From a virus (Duplodnaviria; Heunggongvirae; Uroviricota; Caudoviricetes): a DNA stretch of 64,000 nt. A model generated the notes under the pieces. It searched no databases. It saw only the letters and a program-made list of their open reading frames with translations, and was not told the DNA's origin. Shown here one piece after another: positions 34,101 to 45,470 of this stretch. The DNA lies in the IMG/VR virus record IMGVR_UViG_2718218133_000001; one strand, written 5' to 3'. Both the position numbers and the translations under genes were made by a program. Positions within the stretch are counted from its first letter, which is position 1; each line of letters opens with the position of its first letter.

Positions 34101-37100
34101 CCATATCCCTGATTATTGAGAAGATCGGACGGGCTTTCTCGTGCTCAATCACGCCGTCTTCATTGACCGAGGTCGTTACGCCATTGTTGGCTTTGGCCGC
34201 CGCTTCCGCCTGCTGACGTAATTCTTCATACGCCGCCAGTTGTTCTTCAGTAAGTGGTGCATCCTGCTGGTGCTCGTCCAGTTCCGGGATCTCCACGGTA
34301 TCCTTAACGTCTTCCGCCGTTTTAAGCGTTGTCCAGCGATGGAATATGCCGCGCAGCGCATCAAGGTTTTCAAAGCCCACCAGCGCCATTTTTTCTTCAA
34401 CTTCACCGCTGATTTTCTGTACCGTTTCCAGCCTGGTCTTGCCGAAGAATTTAACGAAGTCATCAGGACCGTAGATCCCCATCTTCTGCCAGTATTCCTT
34501 CGGCAGCACATGAGAAAGCATGTTGTATGCATCGATCGGGGTGTTAACGACTGGCGTTGCAGTCAGGAGAACCGGTCCGCGCCCACCATTCTTTTTCATC
34601 AGGTACGCGTTTTTAATTGCCATATCCCGCGCCGATTGCGCCACCGCGCTGGTGGGCAGATAGGCCAGTTGTGACGCTTCGCGACCATTTTTATAGCTAT
34701 TGCGGTAGTTGTGACCTTCGTCAGCGATCACACTATCGAAGCCCATATCCTCAAAGTACGGATACTTCTCTGCTTTTTCGGTGCCGGTATCTGAATACTC
34801 CGACAATACCCGGCGACGCGCGGCCTCTTTGCGGTGGGAGTCGGAGTCCATTGCGCTGGCTACGCGCCCGGCGGCAACGAAGTCATAAAGCATATCCTGT
34901 GCATGCTCATCTACGGTGTCATCACGTAGCGGAATGCGGGCGTATTGTTCTTTGGTAAACACGACTGCACGGTAATTTGAGTGCGGGATCGCGTTCATCC
35001 GCGCCGTGATAGTGGCTTCATCTGCCAGTTTTAGGGCATCGCGCATAACTGGAGTGCCATCAGTACCAAGAACAGGTTTACCGTTCTCATCGAGCACCGG
35101 CACCTGGCGAATCTGATCGCCATCCATCAGCACATCAAGACCGACGAACAGGTAGTTACTGAATGCCTCTTCACTCAGGAATTCTTTTGCTTCGTAATAC
35201 CAGTTTTCCAGCACTGATTTAGGCACTACATACGCAGTACGGGTGGAGCGACCGTTCTCATAGTTGAACGCTTCAAGCGCCAGCGCGGTCGTAGTTTTAC
35301 CCAGCCCGGTGCCGAAGCCCAGGATGCCGCGCCCATCTTCGGACAGTCGGCGCACTTCGCTATTCTGGTAATCAAATGGCTGGCGCTTACCGCTTAATCC
35401 CTTCAACCCAAGCGGATCGCCAGAGTGTTCATACGGGATATTGCTATTGAACACATCGTTGTATTTGGCAACCAGTTCATCGTAGCGATCGTGCGTCTTG
35501 ATCCACTTATTGAACTGGTCCTCAAGCAGTGCCATCTGCTCGCGGTAGCCGTTCGCCGTCGCGCTATCTTTGCCACCGATACGCGCACCATTGAGATACT
35601 TTTCCAGCTGTGCCGGGAACCCGGTCGCGTTTTCACCTGATTTACGGTCCCACTCGTAGCGGATCTCGCCTGTTTCTTTATCCTTGCGCTGGACAACACC
35701 GTATCGGTGCCCGACGAACAGACCATCACCACCGTGATAGGTGTCAGAAACCATTTCGTCGCCTTCCAGCTGCACTGACTGCACATAGCGAAGATCCGGA
35801 TAGCCGTTTTCCTGCAAAAATTCCAGAATGACGGAACGGTCGAACCAACGGCTATTGAGCTTAAAGCGGATATTCTCTGCTGGCGTCTTGATGCGCTTCT
35901 CTTCGATCGCTGCCAGCTGATTAAGGACGTTGTTCTTTACTGGACCGTCGGGGAGTGTGGCAAGGAATTCCTGTTTTGGTGCCACTATCTCGTTAATGTC
36001 GCCGCTGGTGGCGCGGGCGAACGGAACAATCCCGCCATACGGTGAAACCGCAATGCCAGGGGTGCTGGCCAATAAATTAAGCAACTCTTCATCACTGGCT
36101 GGCAATTCGCCGGTAAACGCAAGGCGGAAATCATCGAGCTGGATTGGATCGCGGGTAAGATCGCTATAGAGATAACGCAGGGTGTCCTGATAGCTGGTGG
36201 AGTCATAACTGGCGCTGGAATCATGCGTAACCAGCTTTCCTGTCAGCTCGTCAGAAATAGTGCCATCCAGCTTAATTGCACCACGGAAAGCAAACCAGGC
36301 GCGCGCACCGCTTCCCGATAATTTAGCTATCGGACCGCGACCAGGGTTACCAAAACGGTCAATCTCTGCCTGCAAACGGGATACCAGAGAAAGGCGCTGC
36401 TGTTCGATTTGTTCAGCACTATGCCCGGCGGCCTTCATATCCTGATATTCAATTAACATCCGGCCAATCATCGCCCCACGATACAAGCGTTCACGGTATT
36501 TTTCAGGCTGGCTGTTAATCCAGTCCACCAGCTGCACCATATCGTCGCTGATTGATGTGGTGTACTTATCGCGGACGTTTGCCATCTGGGTAAATGTCAT
36601 ACCGAGACGGCCTTCTGTTGTAGTCAGGTTACGCTGAAGAGCCTCCCAGCTATCCGCGCCATAACTGGCAGCATCAATTTTAAGTTCCTTCCCGGCATCA
36701 GCTTCAATCCAGCGACCACCAGCATATTTTTGCCATACGCCATTAATCAGGCGCATTTCCCCTTCACCAACAACGTCTGCGGTCGGTGACGGTTCAACCA
36801 TATCGAGCAAAGACCAGTCGATACGGCTTTCGAAACGATGAATCAGCTTCGCTTTAAGAGCCTGGTTATCAATCTGACCGTCGGCACGAACCTCAATACG
36901 CCCCTGGAAGCCCTTTTCCTGGGTGCCATGAACAAACCGGCGGCCATCCTTTTCAAACCACTTGCCAGAAATAAACGTTGGCCAAAGCACATTTGCCGAT
37001 TCAAGAGTGCTTTCATCCACCAGGGGGATTTTCTCAGCCATCTCTGCCGGATGTTTGCGCATCAGCACCACATCTACGACCGTACTGGTCCCGTTTGCGT

Positions 37101-37875
37101 CAAAAGTACCGGTAGGCAAGCGGTGGGCACCAAGAAATTCAGCTTTCCGTGATAGGCGCAGGCGTAACCGCTTCATGTTTGAACCTGAAACAATGGACGG
37201 CGGCACAATCACGCACATGAATCCGCCTGGCTTTATCTTGTCCAGCATGCGGAGCATGAAGTAAGAACCCATGTCCGTTTCTTCTGCGTAAGGCTTATCG
37301 ATGTTGCGTGTGTTATCACGACCGCCGAACGGAACGTTACCCACAACATGGTCGAATGAATCGTTAGGTGTGCTTATAGCCAGCTGTTCGAACGGGGAAA
37401 TCTGTACGCTGTCTTCCGGGTGTAACAACTGGTTTATACGACCGGAAACACTGCTGATCTCAGTCGCGGTCATCACCGTACCAACCGGTTTTGTCTCATT
37501 AAAAACGCCGGTTCCCGCCGATGGTTCCAGAGTGTTACCTACGTCCGCGCCGTAGAGCTTCATGATCTCCCAGACACCTTCAGCGATCGGCTTTGGTGTG
37601 TAATATTCGGAGACGGACCCGCCAATGCCGCCTTCACCGGTGTACCCAGCCAGGATCTGGCGCTGTTCATCTGTCAGTGTCGCGCCGTCCACCAGCGAAT
37701 TAAGCAAATCTATCGCCTTCTGATTCGCCTCCCGGCGCAGTCGGTCATAGCTTTTGCCTTCCACCTTTTCCACGCCGTATTTAATCGGCGCTCGGTGAGA
37801 TTTTATTGCCCTAATGTATTTCAATATTTCGCTGACACTTGAACAGCGAAACACCCCCATAGATAGCTTGTTCAT
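31108..37875 (-). CDS. darB: DarB antirestriction protein (N6-adenine methyltransferase + SF2 helicase)
   Basis: 2255 aa, the size of P1 DarB; helicase Walker A GFGTGLGKTT and DEAH-like ADEGHNYRN. Confidence 0.9.
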   Translation of the reverse strand: MNKLSMGVFRCSSVSEILKYIRAIKSHRAPIKYGVEKVEGKSYDRLRREANQKAIDLLNSLVDGATLTDEQRQILAGYTGEGGIGGSVSEYYTPKPIAEGVWEIMKLYGADVGNTLEPSAGTGVFNETKPVGTVMTATEISSVSGRINQLLHPEDSVQISPFEQLAISTPNDSFDHVVGNVPFGGRDNTRNIDKPYAEETDMGSYFMLRMLDKIKPGGFMCVIVPPSIVSGSNMKRLRLRLSRKAEFLGAHRLPTGTFDANGTSTVVDVVLMRKHPAEMAEKIPLVDESTLESANVLWPTFISGKWFEKDGRRFVHGTQEKGFQGRIEVRADGQIDNQALKAKLIHRFESRIDWSLLDMVEPSPTADVVGEGEMRLINGVWQKYAGGRWIEADAGKELKIDAASYGADSWEALQRNLTTTEGRLGMTFTQMANVRDKYTTSISDDMVQLVDWINSQPEKYRERLYRGAMIGRMLIEYQDMKAAGHSAEQIEQQRLSLVSRLQAEIDRFGNPGRGPIAKLSGSGARAWFAFRGAIKLDGTISDELTGKLVTHDSSASYDSTSYQDTLRYLYSDLTRDPIQLDDFRLAFTGELPASDEELLNLLASTPGIAVSPYGGIVPFARATSGDINEIVAPKQEFLATLPDGPVKNNVLNQLAAIEEKRIKTPAENIRFKLNSRWFDRSVILEFLQENGYPDLRYVQSVQLEGDEMVSDTYHGGDGLFVGHRYGVVQRKDKETGEIRYEWDRKSGENATGFPAQLEKYLNGARIGGKDSATANGYREQMALLEDQFNKWIKTHDRYDELVAKYNDVFNSNIPYEHSGDPLGLKGLSGKRQPFDYQNSEVRRLSEDGRGILGFGTGLGKTTTALALEAFNYENGRSTRTAYVVPKSVLENWYYEAKEFLSEEAFSNYLFVGLDVLMDGDQIRQVPVLDENGKPVLGTDGTPVMRDALKLADEATITARMNAIPHSNYRAVVFTKEQYARIPLRDDTVDEHAQDMLYDFVAAGRVASAMDSDSHRKEAARRRVLSEYSDTGTEKAEKYPYFEDMGFDSVIADEGHNYRNSYKNGREASQLAYLPTSAVAQSARDMAIKNAYLMKKNGGRGPVLLTATPVVNTPIDAYNMLSHVLPKEYWQKMGIYGPDDFVKFFGKTRLETVQKISGEVEEKMALVGFENLDALRGIFHRWTTLKTAEDVKDTVEIPELDEHQQDAPLTEEQLAAYEELRQQAEAAAKANNGVTTSVNEDGVIEHEKARPIFSIIRDMDRVCTDMDLYYRRITYRFLPEYADAVQQLADSLPKQATSEDDDSDDSITQQSQYSLIDKGEFIQLQVPEAFEQEVNKRLARFGIDEQTVTHPVTPKYAKLIATLKEFFQEGKQIIFTDEKTQHQKLKRIICNALNLEPSKVGILNAQTVAEAGKTGKKLKAVKPPKELPDEPTDAQIAKYNEQMALYDAYIAQQNEMSLGGLEKIAADFQEGRTPIIICNKKAEVGINLHRGTTDIHHLTLPWTPASIAQRNGRGARVGSNRASVRVHYYCGKGSFDEYRLKTLKRKAGWISDILRSDKSEMENADANEMIEMQMYTAKDDGERLAMMQVQMDKAKAAQRARQKEQATIDLQNYIKAQHAAGEDVEVLTAELERSKAELEKTTAEVAKFKQAVMAKAADNADWKARWGSVHHTDRMLLAQYRASLKNAIQRKANISQAISRYEKLLNRTQKAATDIKRLRPLVEDAINKGILDVDPDLVNHASEFLVIGDRSWRVGQYYDCAGDIVRIKSLDFDSQRADVEIIFTFKGTKSGNWDVKTLDKQVDVTPDEDAVMQKISGGVSIAGINDIISCDDFYRFQQRGMIKITDSYGVQTTESGYSIDFVGTYTDPLKHAVYPDRRDGALKSSIAKWVLGMMSEGNNRQIRSAETFLVELFGSNYGDVIASYGDTLSPEAIQEKIADAIARMPEKTSQGATRNGDSELEVTNAIFGTNEFRASDYEITTAQFGTIGIYSNKDEIKQSMDAASARIAAERKANLNHAVSALTQSWVTAIREAATTGKITPAIADVVNDGSKFMDAYKMDAVQLPSAYGQLSYRMTYNLVSMFSDLAILGLVDLNEVTPELLSMRKNHVEILQRINTVLAGRTDEEKQADADRINLALGNITEEEIAARNEKQEELSSIQGDATSIAQSLGLNYRVSTADLKMMYAPKFAAGEVFGLQEASGMKGVLFRAKDAIKAKFGARWLPAKAKNSDFPGNWWIIETKHNLADVLAVIQQYA

Positions 37876-37885
37876 TGGTAATCCT

Positions 37886-37907
37886 TAACAAGTGACTAGT
37901 GTTAAAT
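37886..37907 (+). promoter_or_regulatory. candidate late promoter element TAACAAGTGACTAGTGTTAAAT upstream of prt
   Basis: AAGTGA(C/T)T core also found upstream of lyz (42901-42922) and mat (~28185-28205). Confidence 0.3.
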
Positions 37908-37941
37908 TCCGTTCAAACACGATGCGAATTATTCTAATTAA

Positions 37942-39672
<1,731 letters not shown>

Positions 39673-40947
39673 ACGGCAAACATTCCCAATTCACAGAGTC
39701 CGACCTAAACCACATGAAGCGGCTTAGGAATTACAGACTCTCCAAGGGCTAACACTGCCAGCCCGGCAGCTTTTATATTACGGGCCGCGTTAATATCACG
39801 ATCATGCTCTGCGCCACATTCCGGGCAGTGCCATTTACGAATATTAAGAGGCATTTTTTGCATGGTGAAGCCGCAACTGCTGCAACGTTTGGAAGAAGGG
39901 AAATACTGGTCGATAGCGACAATGCTACGTCCACCCCATTCTCCTTTGTACTGGAGTTGGCGTACAAGTTCGCTCCAGCCTGCGTCAGCTATTGCTTTAG
40001 ATAGCTTCGGGTTACGGATCATGTTTTTCACTTTAAGGGATTCGACGCAAACAACTTGGTTTTCGTTAATCAGTTTGCGGGACAACTTATGCAGGTTATC
40101 CATCCGACAATCGACTATTCTCGCGTGGAGGCGGGCAACCTTTAAACGTGCTTTGGCGCGGTTCTTTGAGCCTTTTTGTTTCTTGCTCAATCTGCGCTGT
40201 AACACTGCTAATCGCTTCGCGTATTTAGCGTTGTGTCGAGGATTGCCAGTTTTAAAACCGGTATCGGTGACGAACAAATCTTTTAAACCAATATCAATGC
40301 CGACCGTGGAAACGGTGATCGGCAGTGATACAGGCTCAAACTCGCAGAGACAGGATACAAAATATCGTCCGGCAGCATCCCTGGTGATAGTGACAGTGGA
40401 TGGAGCAGACGGCAACGGACGGCTCCAGCGAACATCTAACGGCTCTTTGCTCTTTGCCATGTACAGCTTGCCGTCACGGTATTTAAATGCGCTGGCAGTT
40501 AGTTCTGCGGCCTGTTTATGCCGCTTGCTCTTAAAAACTGGGTATGCAGCACGCCCGGCGAAAAAGTTAGCAAAAGCCGTTTGTTGGTGGCGCAGAGACT
40601 GCTGGAGGGGGACGCAGGAAACGTCATTCAGCCAAGCGAATTCTGGTTCTTTTTTCAGTGCCGTTAATTTGGCGCTGGCTTGTGCATAGCCGACCCTCTC
40701 ATGGCGTGCGTAGTACGCATCGGTGCGCCAGCGAAGGAGGCTGTTATAGACAAAACGCACACACCCAAAAGTCCGGGCTAATAGCTCGGTTTGTTCGGGA
40801 GTTGGATAGAATCGATATTTATAGGCACGCTTCATGTTCTATATAATACATTGAAACTAATGAGTATATAAATGAATACACGGACGAAAATGTTATCAAA
40901 GCCAATATACCAACAGACATTAGGTAAGGTAGCTGGAGGGCAATATA
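39673..40947 (-). mobile_element. IS200/IS605-family element carrying solo tnpB (ends approximate)
   Basis: Intergenic insertion between prt and pro; no tnpA ORF found; element ends not determined. Confidence 0.6.
39705..40835 (-). CDS. tnpB: TnpB (OrfB) RuvC-like RNA-guided nuclease
   Basis: 376 aa; RuvC motifs GIDIGLKDL.. and C-terminal zinc finger CSSCG..CPECG. Confidence 0.85.
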   Translation of the reverse strand: MKRAYKYRFYPTPEQTELLARTFGCVRFVYNSLLRWRTDAYYARHERVGYAQASAKLTALKKEPEFAWLNDVSCVPLQQSLRHQQTAFANFFAGRAAYPVFKSKRHKQAAELTASAFKYRDGKLYMAKSKEPLDVRWSRPLPSAPSTVTITRDAAGRYFVSCLCEFEPVSLPITVSTVGIDIGLKDLFVTDTGFKTGNPRHNAKYAKRLAVLQRRLSKKQKGSKNRAKARLKVARLHARIVDCRMDNLHKLSRKLINENQVVCVESLKVKNMIRNPKLSKAIADAGWSELVRQLQYKGEWGGRSIVAIDQYFPSSKRCSSCGFTMQKMPLNIRKWHCPECGAEHDRDINAARNIKAAGLAVLALGESVIPKPLHVV

Positions 40948-41967
40948 ATGACTGATGTTTTGAAAACGGTCACTGACCGCTTTTGTCTCTATAGCAATGC
41001 TCGAAAAGGTCGCCAGAACGGGCGACAGTATGTATTAAGCGCGGTTAAGACCATGCTTGAAAGCAAGGAAACTCAGGAAGGTTTACGCCTTGGAGAGCTT
41101 TTCGGCTATTACGGTCACGGTCGCCGACAGCTGACCGGCAAACTGGAAGTACCAGAAACCAGCGTAATCATGGTGGAAGGTCGCCCGGTCGTAATCGACA
41201 ATGTTCCAGCGTGCCGCACAGTGGCTATATCCGTTGACGACAACGGCATCGTTACCCATACACAGGAAATTCTTAACACAGAGCCGGGTAAAATTGTCGC
41301 CGCGATGATCGAAAGCCGAGCTGGTGGCTGGAGCTGGGCCACTGGCGGGCGTGAGTCCGGGAAAATCGCTGTAACCACCAGCTTCCATGGTGTGGATTAT
41401 GTGACAACGCCGAACTATATCAGTCTGGATCATCCTGCCAGCGCCGGAATGTTTGAAAGCGCGGATTCTAAATCTTTACTGGCAGAGTCCCTGGCGGCGC
41501 ATGGGTACTCCGACGAGTCAGTGCAGGCCGTTATATCCCATTACGGCAAAATGGCTGAACTGGAAATGATGGTGGAGGCGACAGAGCGTACGGCAGAACT
41601 GGAAACTGCACTACTCGAAAGCCAGGGCCGCCACCTCGAAGCAATGGCTAAGATCGCAGATGCTGAAGCGCGAATCGCTTTGCTGGAGGAAACAGCGGGT
41701 ATCCGCGACGATGTGCTGGCAGCAATGCAAGACGAACTGGATAACCTCCCGATCTTCGTCTCCGCCGCCCAAAAAGACGCATTCCGCCTCAAAGAACCTG
41801 GTGATGCAAAAATCGTTGCCACACTTTTCGAATCTCTGATCAAAGTTGGCGCACGCAACTTGCCTGTCACCAAGAAAATTAAGGAGGTTCCGCAAGCGGC
41901 TAACGTCCAGGCACCGCGTGAGACAAGCATCATCACGTTTAATAATTCAATCAATCCGTTTAAATAA
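40948..41967 (+). CDS. pro: head processing protease / scaffold-like protein
   Basis: 339 aa; position after prt; coiled-coil C-terminal half. Confidence 0.5.
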   Translation: MTDVLKTVTDRFCLYSNARKGRQNGRQYVLSAVKTMLESKETQEGLRLGELFGYYGHGRRQLTGKLEVPETSVIMVEGRPVVIDNVPACRTVAISVDDNGIVTHTQEILNTEPGKIVAAMIESRAGGWSWATGGRESGKIAVTTSFHGVDYVTTPNYISLDHPASAGMFESADSKSLLAESLAAHGYSDESVQAVISHYGKMAELEMMVEATERTAELETALLESQGRHLEAMAKIADAEARIALLEETAGIRDDVLAAMQDELDNLPIFVSAAQKDAFRLKEPGDAKIVATLFESLIKVGARNLPVTKKIKEVPQAANVQAPRETSIITFNNSINPFK

Positions 41968-41976
41968 CCACCAAAA

Positions 41977-42000
41977 ATAACCCCGGCAGCTGCCGGGGTT
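41977..42000. terminator. hairpin ccccggcagctgccgggg after pro
   Basis: Perfect palindrome followed by TTCTCGTT. Confidence 0.5.
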
Positions 42001-42011
42001 CTCGTTAACTA

Positions 42012-42260
42012 TTATCGCCTTCGTGCCATATATTTGCGCACCGCGCGGCGTGGACAATCTGAAGCGGTTTCTTTCTGCTGCATCAATCTCGCAGCCATGC
42101 TCAAAAATGTCAGGCACAGCCGAAGCCCGGCATACAATAGCGGTTCCAGTGGCCACGTCTCATTGAGCACATATACCGCCATGAAAATCGAGTCAAAAAC
42201 TATCGCCGCCAGCGATAACTTCATTGTCGAAAGTCGGCGGAGCTGCCGGAGTTTATTCAT
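42012..42260 (-). CDS. small membrane protein downstream of lyz
   Basis: 82 aa with one long hydrophobic segment. Confidence 0.3.
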   Translation of the reverse strand: MNKLRQLRRLSTMKLSLAAIVFDSIFMAVYVLNETWPLEPLLYAGLRLCLTFLSMAARLMQQKETASDCPRRAVRKYMARRR

Positions 42261-42810
42261 TGACCAGTCCCGTCAGGCAAAGCTGGCGTTCTTTTTCACG
42301 GCGAATCTTTAAACCTCGCAGGGGCACGCCGTTACTGTTCACGAAATCAGGGAGATGGTTACACATATTCACCCATTCCCCTTTCTGCGCCCACTTGTGG
42401 ATGGACGTTTCTACTCGCATGCCTCGCGCTTTGCTGTAGTAGGTCCGTAAGCTATTGCATCCCATATTGAATGCCGCGCTTGTCATTGCACTGAAGGCAT
42501 TATCGGGCATGTCTTTGCCCCGGAAGTGCTGATTAATACAGCGTTCAGCGATCAGGATATTCTTTTCCCAATCAGCGGCGATTTGCTGGTCTGTTTTTCG
42601 CACACCCGGCGTTACCCCGTGTGTATTACCGATCCCGTCAGTCCATACCCCTGCCGGGCACATGTATGGATCACGTCGGCAACCTTCAGCGTTACCAATC
42701 AGCTCAAGCCCCGCCTGGTTGGTTCGCACATTGCCATTACCCATCACGATGGTAATCATCACCGCGATAGCGCAAATTGCACCGCCTCCTGCGGCTGTTT
42801 TTCCCTTCAT
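42253..42810 (-). CDS. lyz: phage lysozyme (T4-lysozyme family) with N-terminal SAR-type segment
   Basis: 185 aa from ATG 42810; hydrophobic GGGAICAIAVMITIVMG then LELIGNAEGC..GVWTDGIGNT. Confidence 0.8.
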   Translation of the reverse strand: MKGKTAAGGGAICAIAVMITIVMGNGNVRTNQAGLELIGNAEGCRRDPYMCPAGVWTDGIGNTHGVTPGVRKTDQQIAADWEKNILIAERCINQHFRGKDMPDNAFSAMTSAAFNMGCNSLRTYYSKARGMRVETSIHKWAQKGEWVNMCNHLPDFVNSNGVPLRGLKIRREKERQLCLTGLVNE

Positions 42811-42943
42811 AAAGACCTCATAAGCGAATTTTTTACGCTCCAGGACAAACACCCATTCACAGCCAATACCGACTGACTCGATCCCTTTAGAAGGCACAGG
42901 ATAATGCAAATCACTTGTTAGCTACGTTTCAAAGATATACATT

Positions 42944-42960
42944 ATTGCTCTAATTATTTT
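42944..42960 (+). promoter_or_regulatory. C1 operator-like ATTGCTCTAATTATTTT upstream of ssb
   Basis: Operator core match. Confidence 0.5.
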
Positions 42961-42979
42961 ATTTTATTAGGTAAGAAAA

Positions 42980-43468
42980 GTGGCACAACGCGGTGTAAAC
43001 AAAGTCATCCTGATTGGTACCCTGGGGCAAGACCCGGAGATCAGGTATATACCAAATGGCGGCGCGGTCGGAAGACTCAGCATCGCAACGAATGAATCAT
43101 GGCGCGACAAGCAAACGGGCCAACAGAAAGAGCAAACAGAATGGCATAAAGTCGTTTTGTTCGGAAAACTTGCTGAAATTGCGAGTGAGTATTTACGAAA
43201 AGGTTCTCAGGTCTACATCGAAGGGAAACTTAAAACCCGTAAGTGGACAGATGACGCCGGTGTAGAACGTTACACGACGGAAATTATCGTCAGCCAGGGC
43301 GGCACCATGCAAATGATCGGCGCTCGCCGTGACGATTCACAGTCCTCAAATGGCTGGGGGCAATCAAACCAACCTCAAAACCACCAGCAATACAGTGGTG
43401 GCGGTAAACCTCAGAGCAACGCCAATAACGAACCTCCAATGGACTTTGACGACGATATTCCGTTTTGA
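42980..43468 (+). CDS. ssb: single-stranded DNA-binding protein
   Basis: 162 aa; OB-fold N-terminus, Gly/Gln-rich linker, C-terminal acidic tail DFDDDIPF. Confidence 0.92.
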   Translation: MAQRGVNKVILIGTLGQDPEIRYIPNGGAVGRLSIATNESWRDKQTGQQKEQTEWHKVVLFGKLAEIASEYLRKGSQVYIEGKLKTRKWTDDAGVERYTTEIIVSQGGTMQMIGARRDDSQSSNGWGQSNQPQNHQQYSGGGKPQSNANNEPPMDFDDDIPF

Positions 43469-43665
43469 ATGTGTAAAAAACGACTGAAAGAAAAGCGGTG
43501 GTCCAGACGCCGACAAAAGCACGAACTCGCAAACAAACGCCAAAGTTGGCAATGGCACGCGCTTTTCACGAAAAGAACACCCCGAGATATTGCGTTCGCT
43601 GGTGGGAAAACATTCCTGACCCACCTGAAGGCGCAATACATCAGGTTTTAAGCAGAGGAAAGACT

Positions 43666-44343
43666 ATGAATAACATGACAACGAAAGAGCTTTTGACGGC
43701 ACTTCCAAAATACAAAAGCCATAAAACAGTTCGCGCCTCAAAAATCAAAGATATCGAAATTATCGCCCTAATGGATGTGGTCCTTTTTTGCAACATCGAA
43801 GTCGTTGAGCCAGAAGGGGTAAAAGTCCATGTTGATAAAATATTTTTGCAAAAACACCGACCAGAAATTGGCGGATATCTGGTCGCTTATGAGGACGGAT
43901 CTCTGTCCTATTCACCAGAAAAAACATTTGAAGAAGGCTTTAGTCGGACTAACGACTTCTTCGAAAATGGGGTATCGCTCAGCATTGAAGGTCACAATGG
44001 GGTGACATTCATTACAGCCAGGGACGTAACTATTTCTGCTGGCGGTATCGCTACTCTACAAGAAGAAATCGACCTTGAAGCAGCCGACTTTTCTGACGCG
44101 CTGATGTGGCTGAAGGATGGCAAGAAAGTTGCCCGACGCGGGTGGAACGGCGAAAACCAATTCTGCTGGCTGGTTCCTGAAGGACAGTACCCGGCACGAA
44201 TGGAAGCCATTAAGGGATATTTCCCCGGCGACCTCGTTCCGTATGGTGCTTATTTCGCCTTAAAAAATGCACAAGGTGTAGTTGTTCCGTGGGTTCCTTC
44301 TGTAGGCGACTTACTGGCATGTGACTGGTTTGTAGTGGAGTGA
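43666..44343 (+). CDS. DUF2829-domain protein (C-terminal domain)
   Basis: ATG 43666 after GAGGAA; C-terminal DALMWLKDGKKVARRGW..LACDWFVVE resembles DUF2829. Confidence 0.45.
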   Translation: MNNMTTKELLTALPKYKSHKTVRASKIKDIEIIALMDVVLFCNIEVVEPEGVKVHVDKIFLQKHRPEIGGYLVAYEDGSLSYSPEKTFEEGFSRTNDFFENGVSLSIEGHNGVTFITARDVTISAGGIATLQEEIDLEAADFSDALMWLKDGKKVARRGWNGENQFCWLVPEGQYPARMEAIKGYFPGDLVPYGAYFALKNAQGVVVPWVPSVGDLLACDWFVVE

Positions 44344-44349
44344 TTTAAC

Positions 44350-45132
44350 GTGGAAAATACTAAAGCAATTCAATACCGCCTGCGTAATGGTCAGAGTGTC
44401 GAAGTGACCATCAATAATGATGGTGTGCCTGGCGAAAAGGTTTCGATCTCTGATCTGGCTATCGAAAAAACCATCATGTGCCACCTTGGCTTTACTGAAG
44501 AAGTGAGCAAAAAGCATGGTGTAGCAATCTGGAGCGCAATGGATACTGGTATGCACAGATTCATTACTGCTCGTACCCCAGGGATGACCATGATGGACCT
44601 CATGCAGATTGCGCCGCTGTTTGAATGTGAGCCTTTAGATGTATTCAGCAATCCAGCTATCTGCCAGCAGCTATATGGTGAGATGAAACTCGCGGTTACC
44701 CCCATTGTGCTGCATGAAGGATCGCTTGCTGGCGTGTGGAAAGTGGAGCGTATTTCAAGCTACATGCCTTTCCATGTCAACGGCGTAATCACTGGTGAAA
44801 ATCAACCTGTTTCCGTTATAAAGTCAGACCTCAAGCGCGCAATTCTTGAAGCAAGTTGTCGAGTTGTCGGCCTGGGCAAACAGTCTTATGTTTCCTTCCC
44901 GGCTGGCCCTGAAGGCCCGGCAGAAATTCTGATTATGGATGCCGATCTGCTCTGGCAAATACAGTTTCTGATTGGCAAAAGCATCATCCGCGCTGAAGAA
45001 CTCGATCAGTACATTACCTGCACGATGACGGATGAAGTCAAAAGTGTGGCTATAGCCAATGCCCGGAACCTATGTCGTGCCGCATTAACAGAACTGCAAG
45101 AAAACACCACGGAAGAAGTGGAAAGCGATTAA
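44350..45132 (+). CDS. hypothetical protein
   Basis: 260-aa ORF. Confidence 0.35.
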   Translation: MENTKAIQYRLRNGQSVEVTINNDGVPGEKVSISDLAIEKTIMCHLGFTEEVSKKHGVAIWSAMDTGMHRFITARTPGMTMMDLMQIAPLFECEPLDVFSNPAICQQLYGEMKLAVTPIVLHEGSLAGVWKVERISSYMPFHVNGVITGENQPVSVIKSDLKRAILEASCRVVGLGKQSYVSFPAGPEGPAEILIMDADLLWQIQFLIGKSIIRAEELDQYITCTMTDEVKSVAIANARNLCRAALTELQENTTEEVESD

Positions 45133-45160
45133 AAAAAATCCCGCCGAGTGGCGGGATTTC
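45122..45160. terminator. bidirectional hairpin A8-cccgcc-gagt-ggcggg-atttctt
   Basis: Between convergent genes. Confidence 0.55.
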
Positions 45161-45161
45161 T

Positions 45162-45470
45162 TCAATATACGATCTGGTCTACATGATCACCAAAATCATC
45201 GTCGTCGTCCTCATCGCCACCATCTACTGCTGGCCAATCAACAAACCAGCCAGCGTAAAGATGCAGCGTTCGGAGAACATCACTTGCGGGAGCATCAAGG
45301 GTGTTAACGAATCCCATATAGCTATTGGGATTTGCCCCAGCTATGGCTTCAGCGATCATGTCCTCGGTAATGTCACCGGAGATAATGCTTAAACGCCCGG
45401 AAACTTCTTCATTATCATCAAATTCGATAATGGCATCTCCACCTAATGGCGCTGCGATTTTAATCTGCAT
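45162..45470 (-). CDS. hypothetical acidic protein, last gene of darA operon
   Basis: 102 aa; overlaps upstream gene start. Confidence 0.3.
   Translation of the reverse strand: MQIKIAAPLGGDAIIEFDDNEEVSGRLSIISGDITEDMIAEAIAGANPNSYMGFVNTLDAPASDVLRTLHLYAGWFVDWPAVDGGDEDDDDDFGDHVDQIVY

Noticed and set aside
34240-36445. Several 60-140-aa ORFs antisense to darB (and similar ones inside pacB, darA, ddrB, S)
   Set aside because: Fully embedded in long, well-supported genes on the other strand; typical spurious six-frame ORFs.
43468-45160. IS1 copy, which P1 carries near ssb
   Set aside because: No InsA/InsB-like ORFs or IS1 terminal repeats seen; the ORFs here are a DUF2829-type protein and an unrelated 260-aa protein.
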